Positions 31,177 through 41,802 are shown, numbered from the stretch's first letter. The stretch is DNA of 64,000 nucleotides from Nitrospirota bacterium (GCA_963663225.1 OY760142.1:128001-192000), one strand, 5' to 3'. Program-made: numbers and translations. Notes: generated by a model not told the origin, from the sequence alone.

Positions 31177-31749
31177 CTACGGTTCAGCTGTGTGACCTGC
31201 GCCTGGAAACAATTGAAGCCTGCGGAAGGGATAGGCGTGCTCTGATTTTTTGCTGCACTTGCCGAAATAGGAATGTCTTCGTATCAGGGAGCCTGGGAAG
31301 TTAAAGACGAGATTCATGGTATGAGAGCAAACAGGGCATTCGCTGGTATATGAGGTAATGACCAGATACGGCTCCTTCAGCCGCAAAAAAAATTTCAAAA
31401 AGCCGAAGCATGCAAATTTTTCCTTCGGCAATCTGTTTACTGCCACGACCATAGGCCAGCCCAGTGTCATTGCAATACACGCCAAGAAAGCGATCCAAAA
31501 GGAGACGCTGCCGTGCACTGTACCCAATAAATAATAATACATGGTGAGAGCGCCGAAGAGAAGAACAATCGGCATGAGCACCATCAGGATCGATGAAAAG
31601 GCTTTTATCAGAACGGGCCGGTATATAATTTTAAAATGTTCATGTTCAGTAAAAGGAATGGGGAACTTCTTTTTTCGTGCCTGATCAGAACCGGCCGCAT
31701 CCGGCCGTCGTTTCTCAGGTCTTTTATGCATGATTTTCTTTTTTTTCAC
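31177..31749 (-). CDS. Hypothetical membrane protein with C-terminal Zn-ribbon-like motif
   Basis: SD AGGTGAG; two TM segments; CPVC...C...H. Confidence 0.6.
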   Translation of the reverse strand: MKKKKIMHKRPEKRRPDAAGSDQARKKKFPIPFTEHEHFKIIYRPVLIKAFSSILMVLMPIVLLFGALTMYYYLLGTVHGSVSFWIAFLACIAMTLGWPMVVAVNRLPKEKFACFGFLKFFLRLKEPYLVITSYTSECPVCSHTMNLVFNFPGSLIRRHSYFGKCSKKSEHAYPFRRLQLFPGAGHTAEP

Positions 31750-31946
31750 TGGAATCTCACCTATTTATTTTTTCTGGTCTGCCCATATGCGTTCACCGAT
31801 TGAATCGACAAAAGAATTATAACGGCAACCGGTTCTTATTTCAAGAACAAGATTATGCCCGGCGATGCGTATCTGAGGAGCCCCAAGATGTGTTCGATTT
31901 CCACGATAACGAGAACAATACGCCGCCGGTTTGTTGCCGGATACGA

Positions 31947-32618
31947 TTACCGCCGCGTGAACAACAGCGTTCGGCGATCTCCTTTCTGCGCCGCCTGCTC
32001 CACCTGGCTCCCGCAGCCCTCGCCGTACACCAGATCTATCGCCTCGATAAAACCGGGGCTCAGGCTGCGGGAGCCCGGCTCTTTCCGTGCATTGCAGCTG
32101 AATTGGAAAGCATCGCCGATCGCGGCCAGCACTTCGTTTCCATCCGAGAAGTGCAAGGGCCAGAGCAGGCAGACCTTCGGCTTCACAAGCTGCAACGGCA
32201 GGTTGAGCGTCATTGCAACAGTATGCAGCGAGCAGTGCGTCCGGTTATTGGACCAGTACGCAAAGACGCACAGACCATCCTCATTCGTATCAAGGGAATA
32301 CAGTCCGGGCTCTTCTTCTTCAAAGACATTGTCATATCCGCCGACGGTCAGAAGATGCGGGCACAGCTTCGCGGCTTCGGGCAAGACCTTGATGATCCGT
32401 TTCATTTCCGCGGCGGTAACGCAAACCTCATAGGACGCGCAGCAGCACTTCTCGCCCCTGACACAGCCGTTGCAGCGGTTTTCAAGCTGCAGAATCGATT
32501 CCACGTCAACATCAATACTGCTGCGCTGATACCGGGGCGTTTGTTTAGTACTGCGGTTTTTATGATTGTTCGGTTTCACGAATGAATAATTTTTCTGCTT
32601 CGTACTTTTTCCCTGCAT
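31947..32618 (-). CDS. DUF3109 / YkgJ-like Cys-cluster protein
   Basis: CNGC...CCC, GLCVFA, CSLH, KPKVCLLWPL; starts just after the mug stop. Confidence 0.75.
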   Translation of the reverse strand: MQGKSTKQKNYSFVKPNNHKNRSTKQTPRYQRSSIDVDVESILQLENRCNGCVRGEKCCCASYEVCVTAAEMKRIIKVLPEAAKLCPHLLTVGGYDNVFEEEEPGLYSLDTNEDGLCVFAYWSNNRTHCSLHTVAMTLNLPLQLVKPKVCLLWPLHFSDGNEVLAAIGDAFQFSCNARKEPGSRSLSPGFIEAIDLVYGEGCGSQVEQAAQKGDRRTLLFTRR

Positions 32619-32625
32619 GCAATTG

Positions 32626-33246
32626 CTATTGGCATCTTTCTTCGGCAGCAATGCGGACTTCCCGAAACATCCTGCTGAGTTCAGGAAGTTGATAACTCGC
32701 ATTCAAACCGCTGGGATTCGGCAGAATCCAGAGCCGCGACGTGCCGATGTATTCTTCTCGGATGCCGAAACCAGCTTTCGGCTGTCCAAAGGCGACGCGA
32801 AAAGCTGTGAGGCCGAGCACTGCCACAATGCGCGGACGATGTCGCTTTATTTTTGCCGCAAGCCGCCGTCCACCCGCTTTCAGCTCTTTGGTGTCAAGTT
32901 CCGCAGCGGATGCGGTCGACCTGTTCACAATATTTGTAATACCATACCCGCTCTTCAGCAGTTCACGCTCCTCTGCAGGGAGAAGCAGCCGTTCAGTGAA
33001 CCCAGCCTTGTATAGTACAGGCCAAAACCGGTTTCCCGGCCTGGCAAAATGGTGTCCGACAGCTCCGGAATACAGGCCCGGATTGATGCCTACAAACAAG
33101 ATCTTCAGCCGGGGCGCAATGACATCCGGCACTGTCTTGCCGTATGCCGCTAGCAGGTCGGATTTTGTCGGTTTCCGGATTATATCTTCCGCAGGGACTC
33201 GACTCTTTTCGTACCATTGGTGTTTTTTTAATTTTTTTCTGTTCAC
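32626..33246 (-). CDS. mug: G/U mismatch-specific DNA glycosylase
   Basis: VGINPGLYS, HHFARPGNRFW, LPNPSGLNA. Confidence 0.93.
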   Translation of the reverse strand: MNRKKLKKHQWYEKSRVPAEDIIRKPTKSDLLAAYGKTVPDVIAPRLKILFVGINPGLYSGAVGHHFARPGNRFWPVLYKAGFTERLLLPAEERELLKSGYGITNIVNRSTASAAELDTKELKAGGRRLAAKIKRHRPRIVAVLGLTAFRVAFGQPKAGFGIREEYIGTSRLWILPNPSGLNASYQLPELSRMFREVRIAAEERCQ

Positions 33247-33312
33247 GATTTTGAAAAATTACGAAAACCTCAGGCGGATTCGAAGGGAGAATCATGGTGC
33301 TTTGAACTGACA

Positions 33313-36120
33313 TTAGCGCCAATTCGCATCAAGATTTTCCCGGACTTTTTTCAGCAGCACAGACGGAGCAAGGGGCTTCATAAGAAAACTGACTCCCGGT
33401 TCAAGCATTCCTTCCCAGTTGATGATGTTTTCCGCGTAGCCGCTTATAAATATTACCTTGATACCGGGATTCATTTTTCGTATTTCCAAATACGCCTCTT
33501 TTCCGTTTTTCCTCGGCATGATGCCGTCGAGCAAAAGCAGCTGCACCAGATCGCGGTTGGCAACGAATTGAGCCACGGCGTCTTCTCCGTCTCCTGCCTC
33601 AATCACGGTGTAGCCGTGGCTGCGCAGTATCGTCGCGGTGAGTGTTCTGACGGTCGAGTCGTCTTCCGCAACCAGTATTGTTTCCAGCCCTCCCTGCGGC
33701 TGCACAGGCTCCACTTCCCAACGCTCCTCGGCAACTCCCTCTTTCGAAAGCGGCAGATAGACCGAGAAAGTAGACCCCCTGCCCGGCTCGCTCCTGACGT
33801 CGATATAACCGTTGTGCTGCTTCACAATGCCATACACCATCGAAAGTCCGAGGCCGGTTCCCTTCCCTTGCTCCTTGGTCGTGAAAAACGGGGCGAAAAT
33901 CCTTGCCTGCGTGGCCGCGTCCATGCCCGCCCCGGTGTCGGAAACAGCGATGCGCGCGTACTCGCCCGTTGCTCCATATCCATGCGACTTGACGAAATCC
34001 ATGTCCATGAACACCGTCCCAGTCCGGATCGTTATGGCTCCGCCGTCCGGCATCGCGTCCCGTGCGTTCGTGATCAGGTTCATCAGCACCTGCTCGAGCT
34101 GCGCAGCGTCAGCAAGGACGGTCAATGCATGGTCCGTGCAGACAGTCTTGAGTTCGATGTCTTCCCTGATCAGTCTGAACAGAAGATTTTCAGCTCTCCG
34201 CACAATGTCGTTCAAATCGCAGAAATTCAGGGCGATGACCTGCTTTCGACTGAAGGACAGGAGCCTCCGGATGAGTGTGGCTGCCCGTTCCGAGGCATGC
34301 AGTATCTGCTCGATGTTTCTGCTGTTAGGATCGCCGTCCGCCAACTGCATCTGCATCAGCGTCGCGTATCCGATAATCGCCGAGAGGATATTGTTGAAAT
34401 CATGGGCAACCCCTCCGGCCAGCTTGCCGATCGCTTCCAGTTTCTGAGACTGCTGGAGCTGCTCATCTATTTTCTTCCGTTCCGTGATGTCGCGGCAAAG
34501 CGTCAGAATCTGGCGGCCATTTTTCGTGTCCACGACCTTTGCGTTTATTTCAACGGACGTTATTCTTCCTTGTTTATCAACATAGTCTACCTCGTAGTCT
34601 CTGATCCCTCCGCGCGCGAAGCATTTGAGGACCGCGTCAGCATTTCTTTCCTTCATGGAATCCGCAGTCCAGTCCGCCACCGGCCTGTTGACGATCTCCG
34701 ACAGACGACCATGGCCGGTCAAACGAACATATTCCGCATTCGCATCAAAAACCAATCCATCCTTGTCAAGAATGACGAAGCCGGTGTGCGTTGTTTCTAT
34801 CAGGGCGCGGTATTTCCTCATACTCTCGCGGAAAGCATCTTCGATGTATCTCTGGTCGGTCAGATCGAAATTAACACCGAGTATACCGAGCATCTGCTGG
34901 TCAGCGCTCCAAATTGGCATGACCATTTCCAAAAAATGGTGGTTTTCACCGCGGATGACATATTCTGTCTCCTGTTTGATCATTTCGCCGTTAAAAGCCC
35001 TTCGGTTGTTTTCCAGCCATTGCGTCTGATCGGGAAAATGCAGGATGATTTCATCGGGACGTTTGCCGATAACATTGCCCCAGCGCCGTACCGACGCATT
35101 GTTCTGCATGAAATATCGGCCTTCCATGTCGATCGCATAGAAGTCATACGGAAGACTCTCGATGATTGCTTTCAGAAGGGCTTCATTCGCACCAAGTTTC
35201 ACCAGCGCCGTCCGCAGTTCTGATGTCTGCGCCGACACCCGTTTTCTGAGCATTGTATTCCACAGCACCAGCAACGCCATGATAAGAACGACGCCTAAAG
35301 CCGAATACAAACCATACCGGACAAGAGAGGAAGAAGAGTGCAGTGCCAATCCCATCCATTTCCGTTCTATCATCCTGCGCTCATCATCACTGATCAGGGA
35401 GAACCCCTGTTCGACTTTGTCCAGAAGCTCCGTGCGCCCCTTCAAAACAGCGCGGTGAAATTGTCCAGTGAACAGCGGTTGCGTATGCCGGAACCTGGCT
35501 TCAAGATCTTTTTTATACAGGTAATAAAGCGCCGGAGGTTTGTCCATGCAATACACCTTGATCGTCCCGTCAGCCGCCGCCTGTATGATTTCCTCATAAT
35601 TCTGATATTCCAGAAGGGTTGTGACGCCGCTTTTTTTCAAAACATCGACGCAGGTGTCCCCCGTCTTGACACCGATGGTAAAACCGCGCAGAGATGCAAG
35701 GCCGCTGATACCGCTGATGTCCTTGTTGAAAAAAATGGGCACTTCCAGTGTGGCATACGGTTTTGAAAAATCAAGGACCGCAGCCCGCTCTGCAGTAAAA
35801 AAAATGGTATCGATAACATCCGCTTTGCCGTCTGTCAGAAATTCTTTTGCTTTCCACCAGTCCATGCCGAACAGTTGGACAGGGATGCCTGTTTTTTTCT
35901 CCCAAAGGCTCCATTCGTCAACAAGAATACCCTGTAATTTTCCGTCCGCACTACGGAATATATAGGGTGGATAATTGTCGTCAGCTACTACCGTGATTGA
36001 TTTGATTTTATGGGTGGAAGATGTCGGCAGCGCGAAGCAGTTTGCCGGGTCACAAAAAACGACATAGAGAAGGAAGGGAAAAAAGAACAACCTAGAAAAA
36101 ATCAATATCCATTTATTCAT
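33313..36120 (-). CDS. Hybrid sensor histidine kinase (SBP family-3 sensor, 2 PAS, HisKA/HATPase, REC)
   Basis: DDNYPPY, AHDFNNIL, NARDAM, DTGAGM, GTGLGL, LLLLDGIMP. Confidence 0.93.
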   Translation of the reverse strand: MNKWILIFSRLFFFPFLLYVVFCDPANCFALPTSSTHKIKSITVVADDNYPPYIFRSADGKLQGILVDEWSLWEKKTGIPVQLFGMDWWKAKEFLTDGKADVIDTIFFTAERAAVLDFSKPYATLEVPIFFNKDISGISGLASLRGFTIGVKTGDTCVDVLKKSGVTTLLEYQNYEEIIQAAADGTIKVYCMDKPPALYYLYKKDLEARFRHTQPLFTGQFHRAVLKGRTELLDKVEQGFSLISDDERRMIERKWMGLALHSSSSLVRYGLYSALGVVLIMALLVLWNTMLRKRVSAQTSELRTALVKLGANEALLKAIIESLPYDFYAIDMEGRYFMQNNASVRRWGNVIGKRPDEIILHFPDQTQWLENNRRAFNGEMIKQETEYVIRGENHHFLEMVMPIWSADQQMLGILGVNFDLTDQRYIEDAFRESMRKYRALIETTHTGFVILDKDGLVFDANAEYVRLTGHGRLSEIVNRPVADWTADSMKERNADAVLKCFARGGIRDYEVDYVDKQGRITSVEINAKVVDTKNGRQILTLCRDITERKKIDEQLQQSQKLEAIGKLAGGVAHDFNNILSAIIGYATLMQMQLADGDPNSRNIEQILHASERAATLIRRLLSFSRKQVIALNFCDLNDIVRRAENLLFRLIREDIELKTVCTDHALTVLADAAQLEQVLMNLITNARDAMPDGGAITIRTGTVFMDMDFVKSHGYGATGEYARIAVSDTGAGMDAATQARIFAPFFTTKEQGKGTGLGLSMVYGIVKQHNGYIDVRSEPGRGSTFSVYLPLSKEGVAEERWEVEPVQPQGGLETILVAEDDSTVRTLTATILRSHGYTVIEAGDGEDAVAQFVANRDLVQLLLLDGIMPRKNGKEAYLEIRKMNPGIKVIFISGYAENIINWEGMLEPGVSFLMKPLAPSVLLKKVRENLDANWR

Positions 36121-36418
36121 AGTATCCCCAAAAAGACACGGTCCCTCCAAAAGCAGCAACAGAATTATCCTATACTTCGGTGCGGGGAAAACAGGCAGAC
36201 AAAACAACAGCAATACATCTTAACACTTTGAGAATACTATAGTTTTAAGTAATTGGCAAGTTTTTTTTGTTTGCGAACAAGAATCAAAAGCTAAAAAAGA
36301 ACAACCTCTTAAAACAATACCTTATTGCCGCCCTGATTCATGATATAATGCAAACGCTTCACCAGCAAACATATATTAAGTCAGGGCATCTCAATCTTGA
36401 ACAGGAAAGGACATTACA

Positions 36419-37483
36419 ATGCAAAGAAGAAATATGTACTGTTTAGGGTTTATCATTGTTACGGTGCTCTTCATCTCAGGATTATATTTTAGCGCTCAGG
36501 CATGCTCCCGCGCTTTATGGGATTGTGATGGAAAAGCGATTGTCGTCGGAAGGAACATGGACTGGAGCGATCCCATGCCGGTCAATCTCTGGCTTCTGCC
36601 AAGAGGGATTAAGAGAGACGGCATGACGGGAGATAACACTCTGCGGTGGACCGCGAAATACGGCAGCCTGGTGGCAGCTGATACGGCCGCGTCGGACGGG
36701 ATGAATGAAAAGGGGTTCGCAGCGCACGTCCTTTGGTTGTCCGAATCGAACTATGGAACCCGGGATGCAAAACTGCCCGGACTGAGCGTAGGATTGTGGT
36801 TACAGTATTATCTCGATAACTTCGCCACGGTTAAGGAAGCTGTCGCGTTTACACTCAAAACGCCATTTCAAATCATCTCAGGAAGTATGCCGCAGGGACA
36901 GAAAATCACCCTTCACCTGATCTTTGAGGACGCCACCGGAGACTCCGCCGTCATCGAATATACCAATGGCAAACCCAAGGTTTTTCATAGCAAAGAATAC
37001 CGGGTAGCAACCAACTCCCCGACATTCGATTTGCAACTGAGTCAGCTTCATCAGTATACGGGTTTTGGCGGTAACAGACCCCTTCCGGGAACAACCCAGG
37101 CTGCAGATCGTTTTGTCCGCGCTGCCTATTATCTGAAAAATCTGCCGTCGCCAGCTGATTACCGGCAATGCGTTGCCGGAATATTGAGCGTGATGAGGAA
37201 CGTTGCCCAACCGTTCGGTATTGCCGATCCTGCGCGGCCATACATCAGTGCAACCCGATGGCGCACTGTCGCCGATTTGACGAATCTGGTTTACTATTTC
37301 GAGTCAACCACGAGCCCAAATATCGTCTGGGTCACGATGCAGTCGTCGGACTTTACGGAGGGCGCCCCGGTTAAAAAACTGGACCTGATAAAAAATCCTG
37401 ACCGGGTAGGAGATTGTTCCAAAGAGTTCGAACCTGCGGAGCCATTCGTCATTCCGCCGCCGTCCGACCGAATGGGAGTATAA
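36419..37483 (+). CDS. Linear amide C-N hydrolase (choloylglycine hydrolase / penicillin V acylase family), exported
   Basis: Signal peptide ending AQA-C (catalytic N-terminal Cys), GRNMDW, DGMNEKG, TNSP, DRFVRA. Confidence 0.9.
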   Translation: MQRRNMYCLGFIIVTVLFISGLYFSAQACSRALWDCDGKAIVVGRNMDWSDPMPVNLWLLPRGIKRDGMTGDNTLRWTAKYGSLVAADTAASDGMNEKGFAAHVLWLSESNYGTRDAKLPGLSVGLWLQYYLDNFATVKEAVAFTLKTPFQIISGSMPQGQKITLHLIFEDATGDSAVIEYTNGKPKVFHSKEYRVATNSPTFDLQLSQLHQYTGFGGNRPLPGTTQAADRFVRAAYYLKNLPSPADYRQCVAGILSVMRNVAQPFGIADPARPYISATRWRTVADLTNLVYYFESTTSPNIVWVTMQSSDFTEGAPVKKLDLIKNPDRVGDCSKEFEPAEPFVIPPPSDRMGV

Positions 37484-37528
37484 TCGTTACTGTTAATAAC
37501 GCATGCCGGACAACCGATAAAAATAAAC

Positions 37529-37586
37529 AAGGCCACTTCTGAGATTACCGATGCTGTTGAAGGTATGAGAAGTGGCCTTTGCTTTT
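37529..37586. terminator. Hairpin terminator
   Basis: 12-bp perfect inverted repeat AAGGCCACTTCT / AGAAGTGGCCTT followed by a T-rich tail. Confidence 0.6.
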
Positions 37587-37757
37587 ACTGAAATTTATTT
37601 ATCGAGTAATCTGAATAGTACGCCCACGGTGAAAGCGCGACCGCAAAAAAAATTCAGCATGAGTTTTTTGACATGATCGATACTTATAGAAGCAAAAACA
37701 TTGTTCTATATAACGAAAAACAATACGATGTTCGTTCAACAGCTACCTCGAAAACGC

Positions 37758-37982
37758 CTATCGCATTTTCCAGTCCATTTTAGCAATCTCGCCATTCTTA
37801 AAATGAAACTTCTTGCTCCAGTCCGACTGGCTGCCGCCGACAATGACCGTGCAGTCCACGGAAAGTATGCCGTTGCCGCTTTCTCCAACGGAATTGTCCG
37901 TCACATCCATGCTGACAGTATCCTCACCGTAATTGCTTTTCAAATATAGCTTTGCTTTCGAAATCATCTGTTTTTCATCCAT
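37758..37982 (-). CDS. Small hypothetical protein (74 aa)
   Basis: SD GAGGTG 8 nt before ATG; globular-looking helix plus beta-strand sequence. Confidence 0.65.
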   Translation of the reverse strand: MDEKQMISKAKLYLKSNYGEDTVSMDVTDNSVGESGNGILSVDCTVIVGGSQSDWSKKFHFKNGEIAKMDWKMR

Positions 37983-38220
37983 GCCAAACACACCTCACTT
38001 GCAGTGCAGGGTTATGCGACATAAACCATTGATAAGATATTATAAAACTACTTAAAAGTAAAGTGTCACAGTCACAATAAAGACGAAACAGTGATAATTT
38101 GCAGCTGCTGCAACGTGACCCAAAATTTTGCATAACGTCAGACAAGTATTAAAGTTTTCTAAAATTCTGCCGAAAAGTTTATTGGCAGATGCCTTGATAC
38201 CGTTTCATTAAATAGCCCGT

Positions 38221-41200
38221 GTGAGTATACTTTCTATGCGCTCTTTATTGTCCCTAGCGATCCGCACACAGATACTCCTCATTGCCATGATCATGGCTGT
38301 CCCCACGGCCGGCACCATCATCTATTCCAGCAACCATATACAAAAAGAAGAAATAAACAAAGCCGTTATCGATACGCAAAGGCTTACGACTGCCATTGCC
38401 GCAGAGCAGCAGAACATAATCGCCGTCGCACAACAGGTCATCAGCATGCTTGCCATGCTGCCCGATGTTAAGAATCAGAATGCGAAAAAAGTTCAGCCGA
38501 TCCTTCGCGACGCTTTGAAACTGGAGCCCCATTTTTCGAACATATTTATAGCCTCACGAAAAGGCATTGTCTGGGCAACCGCGGTTCCCGGTGTTACAAA
38601 CGTAGCAGACCGCCGTTATTTCAAAAGCGCCCTGGAAAACGACAGATTGGCTTCCGGCGAATATGTCATCAGCAGAGCAATCTCCATGCCTGTCATCAAT
38701 ATCGCGGCCCCGATAAAAAACGCCGGTGGCGCTACAATTGGTGTCATTAGTGTGGGATTGAAAATCGACGTATATCAGCAGGTGCTTGAACGCGCCATGC
38801 TTCCGTCGGGCGCGCACATTACCTTGCTCGATCACAAAGGAGTAATTCTGTATCGTTCCCTTGACACCGCCGAACTCATCGGGAAAAAATTCGATGAAAC
38901 GCTGTTTAAAACCATGCAAAAAGGTCCTGACACGGCAACATTCGACAACATGAGAGCCATGCAGGGAGATAATCGCGTTCTGACCTATCGCAAGCTTTGG
39001 CTTCCCGGCGAACAGTCGCCGTATATGTACATCCGGGCGGGGATTCCGGTTTCAACGGTGCTCGAGAACGCAAGAAAGGCGTTGATTCAAAATCTTCTCA
39101 TTCTGATCCTGTTTCTCGTCGCAGCGATCCTGCTGGCTCTATATATCGGAAAACGCTCGATTATAGACCGTGTCACCCTGCTGGAAAAAGCAACGCGGGC
39201 CGTAACAGACGGTAATTTGAAAGTCAGGGTCACCGACCTTGTTGCAGGAGGCGAACTCGGCAGGCTTGGCCAAACTTTTGATGAGATGGCCTCCCAACTC
39301 GCGCTGCGTGAACAGGCGCTTGTCAAAAGCGAAAAGAACTATCGAGAAATTTTTAACGCGACAAAGGACGGCATTTTCGTGCACGATGCTGAATCCGGAG
39401 GCATCCTCGACGTCAATAATGCCGTGGAGACCATGTACGGATATTCGCGCACGGAAATGCTGCACCAGGAAGGACGCCCGCTCGGGTTTGCGCCGCCGCC
39501 CTATTCCCTGAAGGAAGCAATTCAATGGATCCAAAAAACCGTGCAGGAAGGCCCCCAGTCCTTCGAATGGCTGGCCCGGAGGAAAAACGGTGAACTGTTC
39601 TGGACCGAAATAGTCCTGTCTGCAACGAACATCGGCGGTTCCGGACGGGTGCTTGCGGTCGTGCGGGACATTGCAGCACGCAAAAAAGCTGAAGAGGACC
39701 GGCAGAAACTAGTCTCGGTGATAGAGATGAGCCGCGATTTCATCGGAATAGCGGATTTGAACGGCCGGGTCCTTTACCTTAACGCGGCTGCCCTCAATCT
39801 CGTCGGTCTCGATGACATTGAAAAAGTACGGGGGAAATTTATCAACACCCTCCACATGAAAGCCGACCATCAGCAACTCGAAACGGAAATTCTGCCGGCC
39901 GCCTTCCGCATGGGAAGCTGGGTCGGGGAACTGAGCTTGAGACACTTTGAAACCGGGTTGCCGATTCCCGTTGATATGAATGTGTTCAGCATCAGTGACT
40001 CAAAAACCGAAAGGCCGATCGCGCTTGCCTGCATTGGACGCGATATCACCGAACGCAAACATGCCGAGGAGGAAAAAGCAAAGCTTCAGTCCCAGGTAAT
40101 GCACATTCAGAAAATGGAGTCCATCGGCCAGCTTTCCGGCGGCATTGCGCATGATTTCAACAATATCCTCACGGCAATCATCGGATATGGCAATCTCATG
40201 CGGATGACGCTGGGCAAAACCGACCCGGGACAAACACATTTAGACCATATTCTCACTTCGGCGGAGCGTGCGACCAAACTTACCGGCAGCCTGCTCGCCT
40301 TCAGCCGCAAGCAGACAATAAATCCCAGGATCGTTAATCTAAACGATGTCATCCATGAAATCGAGCGGTTTCTCTCGCGCATCATCAGTGAAGACATCAC
40401 CCTGTGCACGACATTGAGCTCGACAGCATTATCTGTATTCGTCGATCCCATGCAGGTGGAACAAATACTGATGAACCTGTCCACAAACGCAAGGGACGCG
40501 ATGCCAAACGGAGGGAGGCTCCTCATTCAGACATCCAGAATGAAAATCAAAGAAGATAATGCAGCCGCACCGGCTTTCATCAAAAGAGGCACATACGCCG
40601 TTCTGACGGTGACGGACAACGGCACCGGCATCGATGCAGCATTAAAAGAAAAAATATTTGACCCGTTCTACACCACCAAAGCGGTCGGCAAAGGAACCGG
40701 ACTCGGACTTTCCATTGTTTACGGCATCGTGAAGCAGAACAACGGTTATATCACGGTTCAGAGCGAGCTGAATGCAGGCGCTCAGTTCACGATCTATCTT
40801 CCCCTAATCAATGCGTGTCAGGATACTACTTCCCTCGGCACCAGCGTGCTCGCTGAAACTCCTTCCCGAGGTGGTTGTGAAACCATTCTTCTGGCGGAAG
40901 ACAATGACCCGGTTAGGAAGCTCACTCAGACAATTCTCCACCAGCACGGATACGATGTGGTCGAGGCTGTCGATGGGGTAGATGCGCTTACAAAATTCAG
41001 AGAGAATAAAGACCGGATTCATTTAATGATGATTGACGTCATTATGCCCGGTAAGAACGGCAGACAGGTTTATGATGAAGTTCGGGCGATGAAGCCCGAC
41101 ATGAAAGTAATATTCACCAGCGGGTATCCGGCAGACTTGATTCAGAAGGAAGGCGTGCTTGAAAAAGGGTTCCAGTTTCTCCCGAAACCGTCAAAACCGC

Positions 41201-41241
41201 GCGATATTATAAATAAAGTCCGATCCGTGCTTGATGCATAA
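38221..41241 (+). CDS. Hybrid sensor histidine kinase (dCache, HAMP, 2 PAS, HisKA/HATPase, REC)
   Basis: ADRRYFK, GELGRLGQTFDEM, AHDFNNIL, DNGTGI, GTGLGL, MIDVIMP. Confidence 0.93.
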   Translation: MSILSMRSLLSLAIRTQILLIAMIMAVPTAGTIIYSSNHIQKEEINKAVIDTQRLTTAIAAEQQNIIAVAQQVISMLAMLPDVKNQNAKKVQPILRDALKLEPHFSNIFIASRKGIVWATAVPGVTNVADRRYFKSALENDRLASGEYVISRAISMPVINIAAPIKNAGGATIGVISVGLKIDVYQQVLERAMLPSGAHITLLDHKGVILYRSLDTAELIGKKFDETLFKTMQKGPDTATFDNMRAMQGDNRVLTYRKLWLPGEQSPYMYIRAGIPVSTVLENARKALIQNLLILILFLVAAILLALYIGKRSIIDRVTLLEKATRAVTDGNLKVRVTDLVAGGELGRLGQTFDEMASQLALREQALVKSEKNYREIFNATKDGIFVHDAESGGILDVNNAVETMYGYSRTEMLHQEGRPLGFAPPPYSLKEAIQWIQKTVQEGPQSFEWLARRKNGELFWTEIVLSATNIGGSGRVLAVVRDIAARKKAEEDRQKLVSVIEMSRDFIGIADLNGRVLYLNAAALNLVGLDDIEKVRGKFINTLHMKADHQQLETEILPAAFRMGSWVGELSLRHFETGLPIPVDMNVFSISDSKTERPIALACIGRDITERKHAEEEKAKLQSQVMHIQKMESIGQLSGGIAHDFNNILTAIIGYGNLMRMTLGKTDPGQTHLDHILTSAERATKLTGSLLAFSRKQTINPRIVNLNDVIHEIERFLSRIISEDITLCTTLSSTALSVFVDPMQVEQILMNLSTNARDAMPNGGRLLIQTSRMKIKEDNAAAPAFIKRGTYAVLTVTDNGTGIDAALKEKIFDPFYTTKAVGKGTGLGLSIVYGIVKQNNGYITVQSELNAGAQFTIYLPLINACQDTTSLGTSVLAETPSRGGCETILLAEDNDPVRKLTQTILHQHGYDVVEAVDGVDALTKFRENKDRIHLMMIDVIMPGKNGRQVYDEVRAMKPDMKVIFTSGYPADLIQKEGVLEKGFQFLPKPSKPRDIINKVRSVLDA

Positions 41242-41279
41242 GTAGAGGTGTGCTGGTTGCATGTTACAGCAGCAACTTC

Positions 41280-41777
41280 TCACGATTCTTCCGTCATCAG
41301 TTGATGGAAAAGGCTCGATTCCCGTTTATAGAACCCCTCGGTATGGTAGGAATCCGGCAGTCGGTACAGATGATAATCCAGATGATGGCAGAACTCATGC
41401 AGGAGCGTGCGCAGAAAAGAACGAAAAGCTACGACACGCTTGTGTTTTGCCGTGCGCATCCAGAGGGTGACGACTGCGGCCCGCCCTTCCTCCAGTTCAT
41501 ACAACCCGTGCAGTTCTCCTCCTGCGGTGCTCGGCCGTACTGCAAGCACCCGGAGTCTGATTCGCGGAACACTGAGACGTTCCACCAAGCCCGTTAACAA
41601 TGCCTTGCAGATTTCCTCGACCTTAATTCTATCTTCCTGCTCCAATGCCGACGCCAGACAAGGGATGAGCGGGTGCAATATCGCGACATCGGACAGCAGC
41701 ACGGTATGGATCCCATCGCTTTTCTGATACACGCGTTTCCGGGCTGCAGACAGTTTGCTATAGTATGAGAAAACCAT
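41280..41777 (-). CDS. SprT-like zinc metallopeptidase domain protein
   Basis: TLLHEFCHH...HTEGFYKR zincin motif. Confidence 0.75.
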   Translation of the reverse strand: MVFSYYSKLSAARKRVYQKSDGIHTVLLSDVAILHPLIPCLASALEQEDRIKVEEICKALLTGLVERLSVPRIRLRVLAVRPSTAGGELHGLYELEEGRAAVVTLWMRTAKHKRVVAFRSFLRTLLHEFCHHLDYHLYRLPDSYHTEGFYKRESSLFHQLMTEES

Positions 41778-41802
41778 ATTCGAAAAAAAGAAGCGACACC
41801 GT

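Noticed and set aside
33568-35223. 551-aa plus-strand ORF
   Set aside because: Antisense shadow of the hybrid kinase; no recognisable motifs.
38183-38198. TGGCAGATGCCTTGA as a sigma54 promoter
   Set aside because: The -12 element is GA rather than GC; I found no convincing -24/-12 site in the window by eye.
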